Shown here: one piece after another, positions 40,612 to 48,895 of the stretch
How positions within the stretch are numbered: the first letter of the stretch is position 1
How the letters are laid out: each line of letters begins with the position of its first letter
DNA from: an uncultured Dehalococcoidaceae bacterium
GTDB lineage: Bacteria; Chloroflexota; Dehalococcoidia; Dehalococcoidales; RBG-16-60-22
Direction: 5' to 3'
DNA length: 64,000 nucleotides
Assembly (NCBI GenBank): GCA_964493435.1
Contig: CAZBMB010000001.1
Span: 223,486-287,485, forward strand
The notes under the pieces: generated by a model
Databases searched by the model: none
Seen by the model: only the letters and a program-made list of their open reading frames with translations
What the model was told of the DNA's origin: nothing
Made by a program: the position numbers and the translations under genes

Positions 40612-40830
40612 GTGAGAAACTACGAGCGGATAAAAACCATGCTCACTACGGGAGAGGTCGCTTTCTTGCTTGATGTCCATCCCGGCACCATAAGGCGCTG
40701 GAGTGATGGTAAATTGCTGAGAGGTTATCGGATTGGGCCGCGGGCGGACCGCAGGTATTTCTGGGAGGACATAGCGATTTTTCTCAGGAAAAGGCCGGAG
40801 CTGATAGGCTCAAAAGGTGGTTCTAAATGA
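40612..40830 (+). CDS. excisionase/MerR-superfamily helix-turn-helix DNA-binding protein
   Basis: 72 aa. LTTGEVAFLLDVHPGTIRRWSDGKLL..YRIG fits the HTH_17 pattern. An alternative start is ATG 40639. Confidence 0.6.
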   Translation: MRNYERIKTMLTTGEVAFLLDVHPGTIRRWSDGKLLRGYRIGPRADRRYFWEDIAIFLRKRPELIGSKGGSK

Positions 40831-40894
40831 CCGCAGTGGTGCTTTTTCAACGGTATACTTATTACTTTTATCAGGCGGAGGTCAGGCGAGTTAA

Positions 40895-41197
40895 ATGAGG
40901 AACGTCATCATAATAGTCCTGGTGGTGCTGCTTGGCCTGGGCAGCTTTGCCATCGGCATGCTCTATGAGCAGGAGAACAAGCGGGTATGGGCGAAACCAA
41001 CATATGAGATAGAGGAATCCTATAAAATAGAAGACGCTATTAAATTCCTGGAGTATGCTGAGTACACCCACCAGACGTATGTGGAAAATCCTGAATGGTG
41101 CCGATGGCACCTGGGAAGCTGGGAACACCACAAATGGTGTGTCGATAACTACACCAGAATCATCGCCCTCATCGAGACGATGACTGTCAATAATTGA
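40895..41197 (+). CDS. hypothetical membrane-anchored protein
   Basis: 100 aa; single N-terminal TM (VIIIVLVVLLGLGSFAIGML), then a Trp/His/Cys-containing soluble part. Confidence 0.45.
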   Translation: MRNVIIIVLVVLLGLGSFAIGMLYEQENKRVWAKPTYEIEESYKIEDAIKFLEYAEYTHQTYVENPEWCRWHLGSWEHHKWCVDNYTRIIALIETMTVNN

Positions 41198-41369
41198 TCA
41201 TCCGGAGCAATCTGGCCATATCGGCCGTCCCTATTCGCCTCACATTATACCCCACTTTTTTAAACCGCGGCATGCGGCGCATGGCGCCGATTTTCAAGCA
41301 AATTATCCGTCAAATGGCAAATTACGTCGATGAATTTGTATATTTGTGCATATAATTGTGGTATGACTA

Positions 41370-41399
41370 TTGACATTTTTAGTATTATTAATTTACAAT
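41370..41399 (+). promoter_or_regulatory. Putative promoter TTGACA-18-TACAAT of the CheR/kinase operon
   Basis: Read directly, in an AT-rich tract 41330-41420, about 25 nt upstream of the cheR-like start. Confidence 0.5.
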
Positions 41400-41421
41400 T
41401 GGCATACATGTAAATAGGATT

Positions 41422-42285
41422 GTGTTACTTGAGATGGAGAGTAAGGTTACCGAGCACCAAAAGGCTGCTCTAGATGTTCTTCTGGAGAAAGTATATCAGG
41501 ATAGCGGCCATGATTTCCGTGACTACAGACGTGGCACCGTGGCACGTCGCCTTGAGAGGAGAATGCTGGCCACAGGTGTGACAAGCTACGTTGACTATAT
41601 GTACTTTTTAGACTCGCACCCTGAGGAATACAACCGATTTGTCAGCTACCTGACTATAAAGGTCAGCCGTTTCTTTCGAAGTCGATATACTTTTCAGCAG
41701 ATGTCGGCCATGATATTGCCAGAACTATTGTCAAATAAAATAAAACAGAGAGATTTCGGTTTGAAGTTCTGGAGCGCCGGCTGTGCCCACGGCGAGGAAC
41801 CGTATTCAATAGCGATAATGATGGCGGATTTTCTTGGGGAAAACCGTGCCGACTTTAATATCAACATTTATGCCTCTGATATAGACTATCTCGATATGAA
41901 AAGATTGCGGCCCGGGGTTTTCGCCGCGGCAGAGGTTGAAGACCTGCCACGTTCCATTCTGGACAGGTATTTTCTTTCTTATGGGGAAGAATATGAAGTA
42001 ATACCGGATATCAGGCATATGGTCCATTTTTTCCATCTTGACCTTGCCGCAGCAGATGGGCAGGCGCTACCCTCGATGGACTGCATATTCTGCTGCAACG
42101 TTTTGATTTATTTTCAAAGGCAACTTCAGGAGAGGGTGCTCAACAGGCTTTATCATTCGCTGGTGGTACCCGGCTATCTGGTTCTCGGTGAAGTGGAAAC
42201 CCCGACCACTGCCTTGCTTCAGAAAATGGAATGCCTTGATAGCAAGGCGAAGATATATAAGAAGGTTAGTGCTGGCGGCAGCTGA
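41422..42285 (+). CDS. cheR: CheR-type protein-glutamate O-methyltransferase
   Basis: 287 aa with a GTG start; the alternative is ATG 41434. It has the N-terminal helical domain (DFRDYRRGTVARRLERRM) and the SAM-binding motifs FWSAGCAHGEEPYSIAI, ASDID and IFCCNVLIYF. Confidence 0.85.
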   Translation: MLLEMESKVTEHQKAALDVLLEKVYQDSGHDFRDYRRGTVARRLERRMLATGVTSYVDYMYFLDSHPEEYNRFVSYLTIKVSRFFRSRYTFQQMSAMILPELLSNKIKQRDFGLKFWSAGCAHGEEPYSIAIMMADFLGENRADFNINIYASDIDYLDMKRLRPGVFAAAEVEDLPRSILDRYFLSYGEEYEVIPDIRHMVHFFHLDLAAADGQALPSMDCIFCCNVLIYFQRQLQERVLNRLYHSLVVPGYLVLGEVETPTTALLQKMECLDSKAKIYKKVSAGGS

Positions 42286-42306
42286 TATATATAGGAGATA
42301 GTGAAG

Positions 42307-43761
42307 ATGGCGGGCAATTCGTTATTAACCAGTGATGAAATATCGCGGAAAGCGGCGGCCATAAGGTCGCTGTCACTGCTCTGGACAGCGACCTGTTGCG
42401 TCGGCCAGATTATCATCATCTTGGTCTGGCTGTTCAATCCTTTTTTCATTGTGCTGCCACTGTCCCTGATGGCCATTACCTCCATAGCTATCGGGGCGGT
42501 GACCTACTGGCTGTACCGGTCGGGCAGGGTTGAGCTGTCCGGTTATTTCTTTACCATTGCTGTGGTGCTGTTCAGCTCGGTGATAACACCGCTGTTTGGC
42601 GGTTTCACCGGCCCGCTGCCCGTAATCTATATTTTCGCCATCCTCGTCGCTGGCGTAATGATTAATATCCGGGCCGGTTTCTACATTGCGGCGCTATCCG
42701 GCGTTCTTTATCTGGCCACCATTGGCATCGAGAATACGGGTCTGCTTTCCAGCCTGATAAAGCCGGAAGCGGAAGCGATTGCCATACCCTATATTACGGT
42801 GATAATCTTTGTGCTGTTCTTCTTCACGGCTGCGTTCATGAGCTGGTTTGCTGCCAGTGGGCTGCAACGGGCCCTGCGGGATGTCCGCAGCTATGCTGCG
42901 GAGCTGCAAACGGCCAATGAAAAGCTTCAGGCCAGCGAGGAGGAGCTTAGGGCGGCTAACGAGGAACTGAGGGCAATTGAGGAAGAATTGCGGGCCAGTA
43001 ATGAAGAGCTTACGACGGCCAACGAGGAGTTGCAGGAAACGCAGGACCAGCTGGTCCGCACCGAGCGGCTGGCCGCGATTGGCCAGCTGGCGGGGGGTGT
43101 GGGTCACGAATTGAGAAATCCGCTTGGTGCCATCAAGAATGCCGTTTACTATATCAAGGGCAGGTTGGCTAAAAGTGAGCTGGTGGCAAAAGAGCCGCGG
43201 GTCATGGAATTCCTTGACATTGTGGAAGATGAGGTAGGTGCCTCCAATAAAATCATCAACGACCTTCTCGGTTTTTCCCGTGTCAGCAAGCCAATGGTGG
43301 CGCCCACACCGGTGAGAGGACTGATAGCTGAGGCCTTATCCAAAGTACCTATTCCGGAGAATGTTCAGCTGAGCCAGGATATTGACTCCGATTCAACCGA
43401 GGTTGCCGTTGATGCGGAACAGATACAGCAGGTGCTGGCGAATGTTATCGCCAATGCGGTGCAGGCAATGCCAGAAGGAGGCAGATTGACCATAAGCGCC
43501 AGGGTAAAGAAAGGATTTCTGGAGCTGGAAGTAACCGACACCGGAAGTGGTATTGCGGATGAAAACAAGGACAAAATTTTTGAACCCCTGTTTACCACCA
43601 AGGCCAAAGGCATCGGGCTGGGGCTGGCCGTCAGTAAATCAATAATTGACCGCCACGGCGGGCAAATTGAAGCCAGAAGCGCAGTTGACAGGGGTACCAC
43701 ATTCACCATCAGGTTGCCCCTGGCGGCAATGGTTCAGGAGGGCATCGTTGGGAAAAAATAA
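42307..43761 (+). CDS. membrane sensor histidine kinase (about 6 TM, heptad coil, HisKA, HATPase)
   Basis: ATG 42307 lies 8 nt after AGGAG(A); the ORF track starts at GTG 42301. It has hydrophobic segments, the coil ELQTANEKLQASEEELRAANEELRAIEEELRASNEELTTANEELQETQDQL, H-box GVGHELRNPL, and N/G boxes (NVIANAVQAM, DTGSGI, GIGLGL). Confidence 0.88.
   Translation: MAGNSLLTSDEISRKAAAIRSLSLLWTATCCVGQIIIILVWLFNPFFIVLPLSLMAITSIAIGAVTYWLYRSGRVELSGYFFTIAVVLFSSVITPLFGGFTGPLPVIYIFAILVAGVMINIRAGFYIAALSGVLYLATIGIENTGLLSSLIKPEAEAIAIPYITVIIFVLFFFTAAFMSWFAASGLQRALRDVRSYAAELQTANEKLQASEEELRAANEELRAIEEELRASNEELTTANEELQETQDQLVRTERLAAIGQLAGGVGHELRNPLGAIKNAVYYIKGRLAKSELVAKEPRVMEFLDIVEDEVGASNKIINDLLGFSRVSKPMVAPTPVRGLIAEALSKVPIPENVQLSQDIDSDSTEVAVDAEQIQQVLANVIANAVQAMPEGGRLTISARVKKGFLELEVTDTGSGIADENKDKIFEPLFTTKAKGIGLGLAVSKSIIDRHGGQIEARSAVDRGTTFTIRLPLAAMVQEGIVGKK
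42901..43047 (+). repeat. Seven consecutive 21-nt (heptad-encoding) units within the kinase gene
   Basis: The translation gives seven heptads: ELQTANE, KLQASEE, ELRAANE, ELRAIEE, ELRASNE, ELTTANE, ELQETQD. The DNA units are degenerate but share a GAG/GAA-CTn framework. Confidence 0.8.
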
Positions 43762-44491
43762 CGGACAGACCAATATTCTGGTGGTTGATGATTTGCGCAA
43801 CATGCGTCTGACACTGGGCGGCATACTTGAGGATGAAGGGTACAGTGTCACGATGGTGGAAGATGGCTACCAGGCTATAGAAGCGGTCAGGAATCGGCGC
43901 TTTGATGCCATTTTCATTGATATCAAGATGCCGGGGATAGACGGGGTGCAGACTTTCCGGGAGATTAAAAAGATAGACCCTGATGTGGCTGCGGTGATGA
44001 TGACCGCCTACTCGGTTGAGGAACTGGTCAAGGAAGCCCTGGAGGAAGGCGCCCACGCTATTATCTATAAACCATTCGATATCAGCATGGTTATCGGCAT
44101 CATCGAAGAGTTGCTGACCACCAAAACGCTGGTGCTGGTGGTCGATGACCATCATGCTGACCGGGAGACATTGAAAGCAATTCTGGAGGAAAAAGAATAC
44201 CGGGTGGCCACGGCTGCTGACGGTTCTGAAGCAATTGACATGGTCAGGAGCCGCCATTATGACGTAATTTTCCTGGACGTAAGACTGCCGGATATGACCG
44301 GGTTTGAGACTTTTGAGCAGGTGAAAAAGATTGACCCGCAGGCCGCGGTGATAATGATGACCGGCTACGCTGAGGAAGACCTGATGAAAAGCGCCGTTGG
44401 GGCGGGTGCCTTCACGTATCTGTACAAGCCATTTGATATGGAAAAAGTAATCGCTATGATTGAGGCTCTATCCCGGGAGAAAAAGAAATGA
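43748..44491 (+). CDS. tandem-receiver response regulator (REC-REC, no output domain)
   Basis: Two receiver domains are present: ILVVDD...[11 protein letters not shown]...MMTAY and VLVVDD...[11 protein letters not shown]...MMTGY. The ORF track start (TTG 43646) lies deep inside the kinase gene. TTG 43748 is preferred because AGGAGG sits at 43736-43741. The start remains uncertain. Confidence 0.8.
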   Translation: MGKNNGQTNILVVDDLRNMRLTLGGILEDEGYSVTMVEDGYQAIEAVRNRRFDAIFIDIKMPGIDGVQTFREIKKIDPDVAAVMMTAYSVEELVKEALEEGAHAIIYKPFDISMVIGIIEELLTTKTLVLVVDDHHADRETLKAILEEKEYRVATAADGSEAIDMVRSRHYDVIFLDVRLPDMTGFETFEQVKKIDPQAAVIMMTGYAEEDLMKSAVGAGAFTYLYKPFDMEKVIAMIEALSREKKK

Positions 44492-46545
44492 ACCCTTTCT
44501 CACCCGCCATACTGGTTGTAGAGGACGATGCGGGGGCGAGGACAACGCTCTGTGGCATACTTGAGGAAGTCGGTTACGGAGTCGTCGGCCTGGAAAGAGG
44601 GGCTGATGCGCTGAAGGTAATGAAAAAGGGCCATTTTGACGTCGTAATCGTGGACATAAAGCTGCCCGACGTCAGCGGGCTGACGATACTGGAGATGGCC
44701 AAGGAAATTAATCCCGAGGTAGCGGTAATCATTACTACCGGATATGCCAGCGTGGAGACAGCTGTGGAGGCGGTCAATCAGGGGGCTTACGCGTATTTTG
44801 TCAAACCGGTCAATCCGGATGAAATTAAAAATGCCATTGCCAATGCGCTCAGACAGCAGCGGCTTTCTCTGGAGAATAAAAAACTGGTGGAAGGATTGCA
44901 GCGCTCCAGTAAACTGCTCTTTGAAACCAATGACAAGCTGCAGAATGACATCGCCGAGCGCAAGCGAATTGAGGATGCGCTGCGACTGTCCGCGAATCAG
45001 TTGCGAACCACGTTTGATGCCATCGGTGACGCGGTCTGCCTGCTGGATGATGACGCTAACATCGTGCGCTGTAACAAAGCGATGACCGACCTCATAGATA
45101 AATCATACAGCGATATCAATGGCCGAAACTGCTGCGAACTTTTACATGGCCTGAAGGGACCCGTAAAAGGGTGCCCTTTTGTTCGTATGAAAAAGACTGG
45201 TTGTCGGGCAACTCAGGAGATGTTTCTGGATGGGAAGTGGCTTGAAATCGCCGTTGACCCTCTCACTGACGATGATGGCAATATCATTGGTGCGGTGCAC
45301 GTTATCGCTGATATCACCGAGCGCTGGCGGTGGGAAGAGGCTCTGCGGCAGTCGGAAGAATTCAGCTCAGCACTACTGAGAAATGCGCCCTATCCGCTGC
45401 TGGTGCTCAATGCGGATACTTCAATCAAATACGTGAATCCAGCACTGGAAGAGCTATCTGGATTTAGCATGGCTCAGGTCTTTGGTATGAAAGCGCCGTA
45501 CCCATGGTGGACGAAAGAGACCTGGGACAGAACCAAGCGGGATTTTTATTCGGCACTGAGTGGAGGTGCCGTAGGCAAGGAAGAGCTGTTCCAGAAGAAA
45601 AACGGGGAGCGATTCTGGGTTAACATAAACTCTGCGCCAGTGGTCATAGACAGCGAACATAAATATTATTTGGCCAACTGGGTTGATATCACCGAGCGGA
45701 AGCGAATGGAGCAGGAGTTAAAGGAAAAAAGCAAACTGCTGGAGGTAAAGAACAAGAAACTTGAGACGCAGAGTCAGGAGCTGATGAAGCAGGAGCAGGA
45801 GCTTGTGGAGAAGACCAGGGAACTGGAGGTGGCCAATAAAGCTAAATCTGAATTTCTGGCTCATATGTCGCATGAACTGCGCACTCCGCTTAACGTAGTT
45901 ATCGGTTTCTCCGAGTTGATGCTGGATGGCGCCGTAGGCGAACTGGGCGAGGAACATATAAAATGCCTGAAAGATATTCTGGGCAGCGGGCAGCACCTGC
46001 TGAGTCTTATCAACGATATTCTGGATCTGTCCAAGATAGAGGCCGGCAAGATGGAACTGAAAATGAGAAATATCGCGCTACAGAACATTCTGGATACATT
46101 GAGAAATGAGTTGATGCCCATCATCCACCGGCGGAAGCAAAACCTTGAAGTGGTCATTGAGAATAGGCTGCCACCAGTACGGGCCGACCGGAATAAAATA
46201 CGGCAGGTGCTGCTCAATCTGCTGAGCAATTCCACCAAATTCACTCCAGACGGTGGTCATCTGCGTGTGGAGGTATTCAGGGAAAATGGCTGGTGCCGGG
46301 TCAGCGTTATAGATGATGGTGTTGGTATAAAAAAGAAGGACCAGAAAACCATTTTTGAACCTTTCAGCCAGATTGACGGTCCGGTGCTCAGGGAAGCAGG
46401 TGGTACGGGTCTCGGACTGGCCATTACCAAGCAAATCATTGAGAAGCACGGTGGCAAAATATGGGTGGACAGTGAATATGGCAAAGGGAGCCGGTTCCAC
46501 TTCACCTTGCCCCTGGCCAGAAAGGGCGTTATTCATCCAGCATAG
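44488..46545 (+). CDS. hybrid sensor histidine kinase (N-terminal REC, coiled coil, two PAS, HisKA, HATPase)
   Basis: 685 aa; ILVVEDD...[13 protein letters not shown] receiver, two PAS-like segments, H-box [10 protein letters not shown], and G-boxes DDGVGI and GTGLGLAI. The start overlaps the upstream stop (ATGA). Confidence 0.88.
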   Translation: MNPFSPAILVVEDDAGARTTLCGILEEVGYGVVGLERGADALKVMKKGHFDVVIVDIKLPDVSGLTILEMAKEINPEVAVIITTGYASVETAVEAVNQGAYAYFVKPVNPDEIKNAIANALRQQRLSLENKKLVEGLQRSSKLLFETNDKLQNDIAERKRIEDALRLSANQLRTTFDAIGDAVCLLDDDANIVRCNKAMTDLIDKSYSDINGRNCCELLHGLKGPVKGCPFVRMKKTGCRATQEMFLDGKWLEIAVDPLTDDDGNIIGAVHVIADITERWRWEEALRQSEEFSSALLRNAPYPLLVLNADTSIKYVNPALEELSGFSMAQVFGMKAPYPWWTKETWDRTKRDFYSALSGGAVGKEELFQKKNGERFWVNINSAPVVIDSEHKYYLANWVDITERKRMEQELKEKSKLLEVKNKKLETQSQELMKQEQELVEKTRELEVANKAKSEFLAHMSHELRTPLNVVIGFSELMLDGAVGELGEEHIKCLKDILGSGQHLLSLINDILDLSKIEAGKMELKMRNIALQNILDTLRNELMPIIHRRKQNLEVVIENRLPPVRADRNKIRQVLLNLLSNSTKFTPDGGHLRVEVFRENGWCRVSVIDDGVGIKKKDQKTIFEPFSQIDGPVLREAGGTGLGLAITKQIIEKHGGKIWVDSEYGKGSRFHFTLPLARKGVIHPA

Positions 46546-46578
46546 GGGAAAAACTGGCGAATTGATAGGAGGTATAAA

Positions 46579-46968
46579 GTGCTACAGGACAAAGTAATGA
46601 TAGTTGAAGATAACCCGCAGAATATGAAGTTAATTGAGATGCTTTTAAGAGCGAAGAACTACGTTCTGCTCAAGGCGTGTGACGGAGAGGAGGCGCTGGA
46701 TACGGCGACCCGGGAACAGCCTGATCTGATTATCATGGATATGCAGCTTCCCAAAATGAGTGGGGTTGAGGTAACCAAGCGGCTCAGACAGATGCCTGTT
46801 TTCAGCCATACACCAATAATTGCGCTCACTGCCTATGCCATGAGAGGGGACAAGGAGCGATTTCTGGAAGCCGGCTGCAATGCCTATATCTCAAAGCCGA
46901 TTAATACCCGTGAACTGCCTGAAATTATCGCCCGGATGTTGCAGGAATATAAGAAAATTGATGCTTAG
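46579..46968 (+). CDS. single-domain response regulator (CheY/DivK-like)
   Basis: 129 aa; GTG start 6 nt after AGGAGG; VMIVEDNPQNMKL, IIMDMQLPKMSG, ALTAYAM, KP. Confidence 0.88.
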   Translation: MLQDKVMIVEDNPQNMKLIEMLLRAKNYVLLKACDGEEALDTATREQPDLIIMDMQLPKMSGVEVTKRLRQMPVFSHTPIIALTAYAMRGDKERFLEAGCNAYISKPINTRELPEIIARMLQEYKKIDA

Positions 46969-46980
46969 AATGGTGCGAAG

Positions 46981-47688
46981 ATGGCTAAAAAGATATTGAT
47001 TGTTGATGATGATCCGGCAATGGTAAGATTGCTGGCACAGGTCCTGACTGGGAAAGGATATGAAGTGCTTGAGTCCAATAATGGCCAGGATGCGCTGCGC
47101 CTGCTGTACAAAGACAAACCAGACCTGGTGTTGCTTGATGTGGTCATGCCCACCATGGATGGCTGGCAGACCTGCAGTCGTATTCGTGACGTGGCGGCCG
47201 CGATACCGATTATCATGCTTAGCGGTCGGCGTAAAACGGAGGAAGATGTGGTCCGTGGTCTGGACCACGGCGCTGATGATTATCTTATTAAGCCGATAGG
47301 CAATAAGGAACTGATGGCCAGGGTACAGGCAATGCTGCGGCGGGCTGAGCTTCCCTCATCTATGGCAGGGGAGGGCAAATATGCTAGCTTTGGTGATGGC
47401 TATCTTACCGTAGATATAACGCAGCACAAGGTAACCGTCAGTGGCAAGCGGGTAAAATTAACGCCTATCGAGTTTCGGTTGCTGGCGCTGCTGCTGCAGA
47501 ACAGTGGTCGCATCATGACGCACCAGCAATTGCTGGAAAAGGTATGGGGCTGGGAATATGTTGACGACCTGGACTATGTACGTATTTATATCTCGCATCT
47601 TCGGCGTAAGATAGAACCGGATGCTACCTTGCCCAAATATATCATCACCGAACCGGGTGTTGGTTACTATTTTCAAAAGCCAGCCTGA
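46981..47688 (+). CDS. OmpR/PhoB-family DNA-binding response regulator
   Basis: 235 aa; receiver (ILIVDDD, LLDVVMPTMDG) plus a winged-helix C-terminus (LTPIEFRLLALLLQNSGRIMTHQQLLEKVWG...YISHLRRKIE). Confidence 0.9.
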   Translation: MAKKILIVDDDPAMVRLLAQVLTGKGYEVLESNNGQDALRLLYKDKPDLVLLDVVMPTMDGWQTCSRIRDVAAAIPIIMLSGRRKTEEDVVRGLDHGADDYLIKPIGNKELMARVQAMLRRAELPSSMAGEGKYASFGDGYLTVDITQHKVTVSGKRVKLTPIEFRLLALLLQNSGRIMTHQQLLEKVWGWEYVDDLDYVRIYISHLRRKIEPDATLPKYIITEPGVGYYFQKPA

Positions 47689-47726
47689 AGGTCAATCTTT
47701 TCACCAAACTCTGAGGTGTTAGCCCC

Positions 47727-48449
47727 ATGTCTGGTGCTTTACCGAATAACGAGGTAATTGGTATAATCCTAGACGATATGTCGGTGAGTATGGAGTCCTT
47801 ACAATCCAGCACCTATTTCTCTGGATTGAGTTCAGAGGAACTTGATTCGGTAAGGAAGCTTATTTTTCAGAAAACGGTGGCGCGTGGTGAAATTATCCTC
47901 TTTGAAGGCGAACCGGCTCAGGCCGTGTATTTTGTCGTCGCCGGTGTAGTGAAGGTGTTTAAAACCTCCCCTGACGGCAAAGAGCAAATCTTATATCTTG
48001 CCCGACCTGGTGATTCATTCAATGATGTGCCCGTGTTTGACGGGGGGCTGAACTTGGCCAGTGCCGAAGCATTGACACAGGTAGTGCTTTATGAGATAAA
48101 AAAGAGTGACTTTGAAACAAGTCTGCGGGAATACCCGGCATTAGCAGCCAATGTCATTAAGATGCTGTCACAGCGAATTGAGCAGGTGATTTCACTGGTT
48201 GAGGACCTGTCGTTTCGGCGGGTAACGGGCAGGGTGGCCAAGATACTGCTGGAGAATGTTGAGGACATTCACGGGCAGAAGCACAGATTGACCCAGCAGG
48301 AAATGGCCGCCATGGCCGGCACGGCAAGGGAAATGATTGGTCGGTCGCTCAAGCTGCTGGAGGAGGAGGGAAAGGTGAGGCTGGAACGCAATAGAATCGT
48401 TATCACGGATAAAGAGGCGCTGAGGGAGGTGGCCGGTGTTGGTATGTGA
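47727..48449 (+). CDS. Crp/Fnr-family transcriptional regulator
   Basis: 240 aa; cNMP-binding-like beta-roll (GEIILFEGEPAQAVYFVVAGVVKV) and a C-terminal HTH (LTQQEMAAMAGTAREMIGRSLKLLEEEG). There are no N-terminal FNR-type cysteines. Internal alternative starts exist. Confidence 0.85.
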   Translation: MSGALPNNEVIGIILDDMSVSMESLQSSTYFSGLSSEELDSVRKLIFQKTVARGEIILFEGEPAQAVYFVVAGVVKVFKTSPDGKEQILYLARPGDSFNDVPVFDGGLNLASAEALTQVVLYEIKKSDFETSLREYPALAANVIKMLSQRIEQVISLVEDLSFRRVTGRVAKILLENVEDIHGQKHRLTQQEMAAMAGTAREMIGRSLKLLEEEGKVRLERNRIVITDKEALREVAGVGM

Positions 48450-48468
48450 GACAAAAGTCGCTGACAGG
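48444..48468 (+). promoter_or_regulatory. Motif copy 1: ATGTGAGACAAAAGTCGCTGACAGG (GAC-N4-GTC core), candidate Crp/Fnr-type site
   Basis: Near-identical to 48823-48847. It overlaps the crp/fnr stop codon. Its core centre is 30.5 nt upstream of a TAAACT -10-like hexamer (48485-48490). Confidence 0.5.
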
Positions 48469-48516
48469 GGGGTGAATGCAATCTTAAACTATATCCGTAT
48501 GGAGAGCATGGGATAA

Positions 48517-48732
48517 ATGGCCAAAATGCCTATTATCGACCGAGATAAGTGTGATGGTTGTGGGCTTTGTGTGGAGGTGTGCCATTGCAAGGTTATAGTG
48601 CGCGTTGATAACGCGGTCGAGATAAATAAGACGAGGGAGTGTCAGCTGTGCACCAAATGGTGTACGATGTGTGAAATGGTCTGTCCCACCGGGGCAATAC
48701 AGTGTCCCTTTGAGGTAGTTACGGAAGAGTAA
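48517..48732 (+). CDS. small 4Fe-4S ferredoxin-like protein
   Basis: 71 aa; CDGCGLCVEVC plus CQLCTKWCTMCEMVCP cysteine clusters. Confidence 0.8.
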   Translation: MAKMPIIDRDKCDGCGLCVEVCHCKVIVRVDNAVEINKTRECQLCTKWCTMCEMVCPTGAIQCPFEVVTEE

Positions 48733-48822
48733 CCCCGCCTCAAGCTCACTACCCCGACCATCACATTTCTCCGATTATTTTTTCAAATTTCACCAACTTT
48801 TTATATGTTTTTTCGTTATTTT

Positions 48823-48847
48823 ATGTGGGACAAAAGTCACATACAGG
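48823..48847 (+). promoter_or_regulatory. Motif copy 2: ATGTGGGACAAAAGTCACATACAGG (GAC-N4-GTC core), candidate Crp/Fnr-type site
   Basis: Near-identical to 48444-48468. Its core centre is 29.5 nt upstream of a TAAGAT -10-like hexamer (48863-48868). Confidence 0.5.
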
Positions 48848-48895
48848 AGTGATTCACCGGTCTAAGATGAACAATATATCAAGGAGAGGGGGTGC

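Noticed and set aside
42901-43047. 21-nt periodicity considered as a VNTR or contingency tandem repeat
   Set aside because: The units are strongly diverged at the DNA level, especially at synonymous positions, while the heptad pattern is kept. This indicates selection on the protein coil rather than slippage-prone identical repeats.
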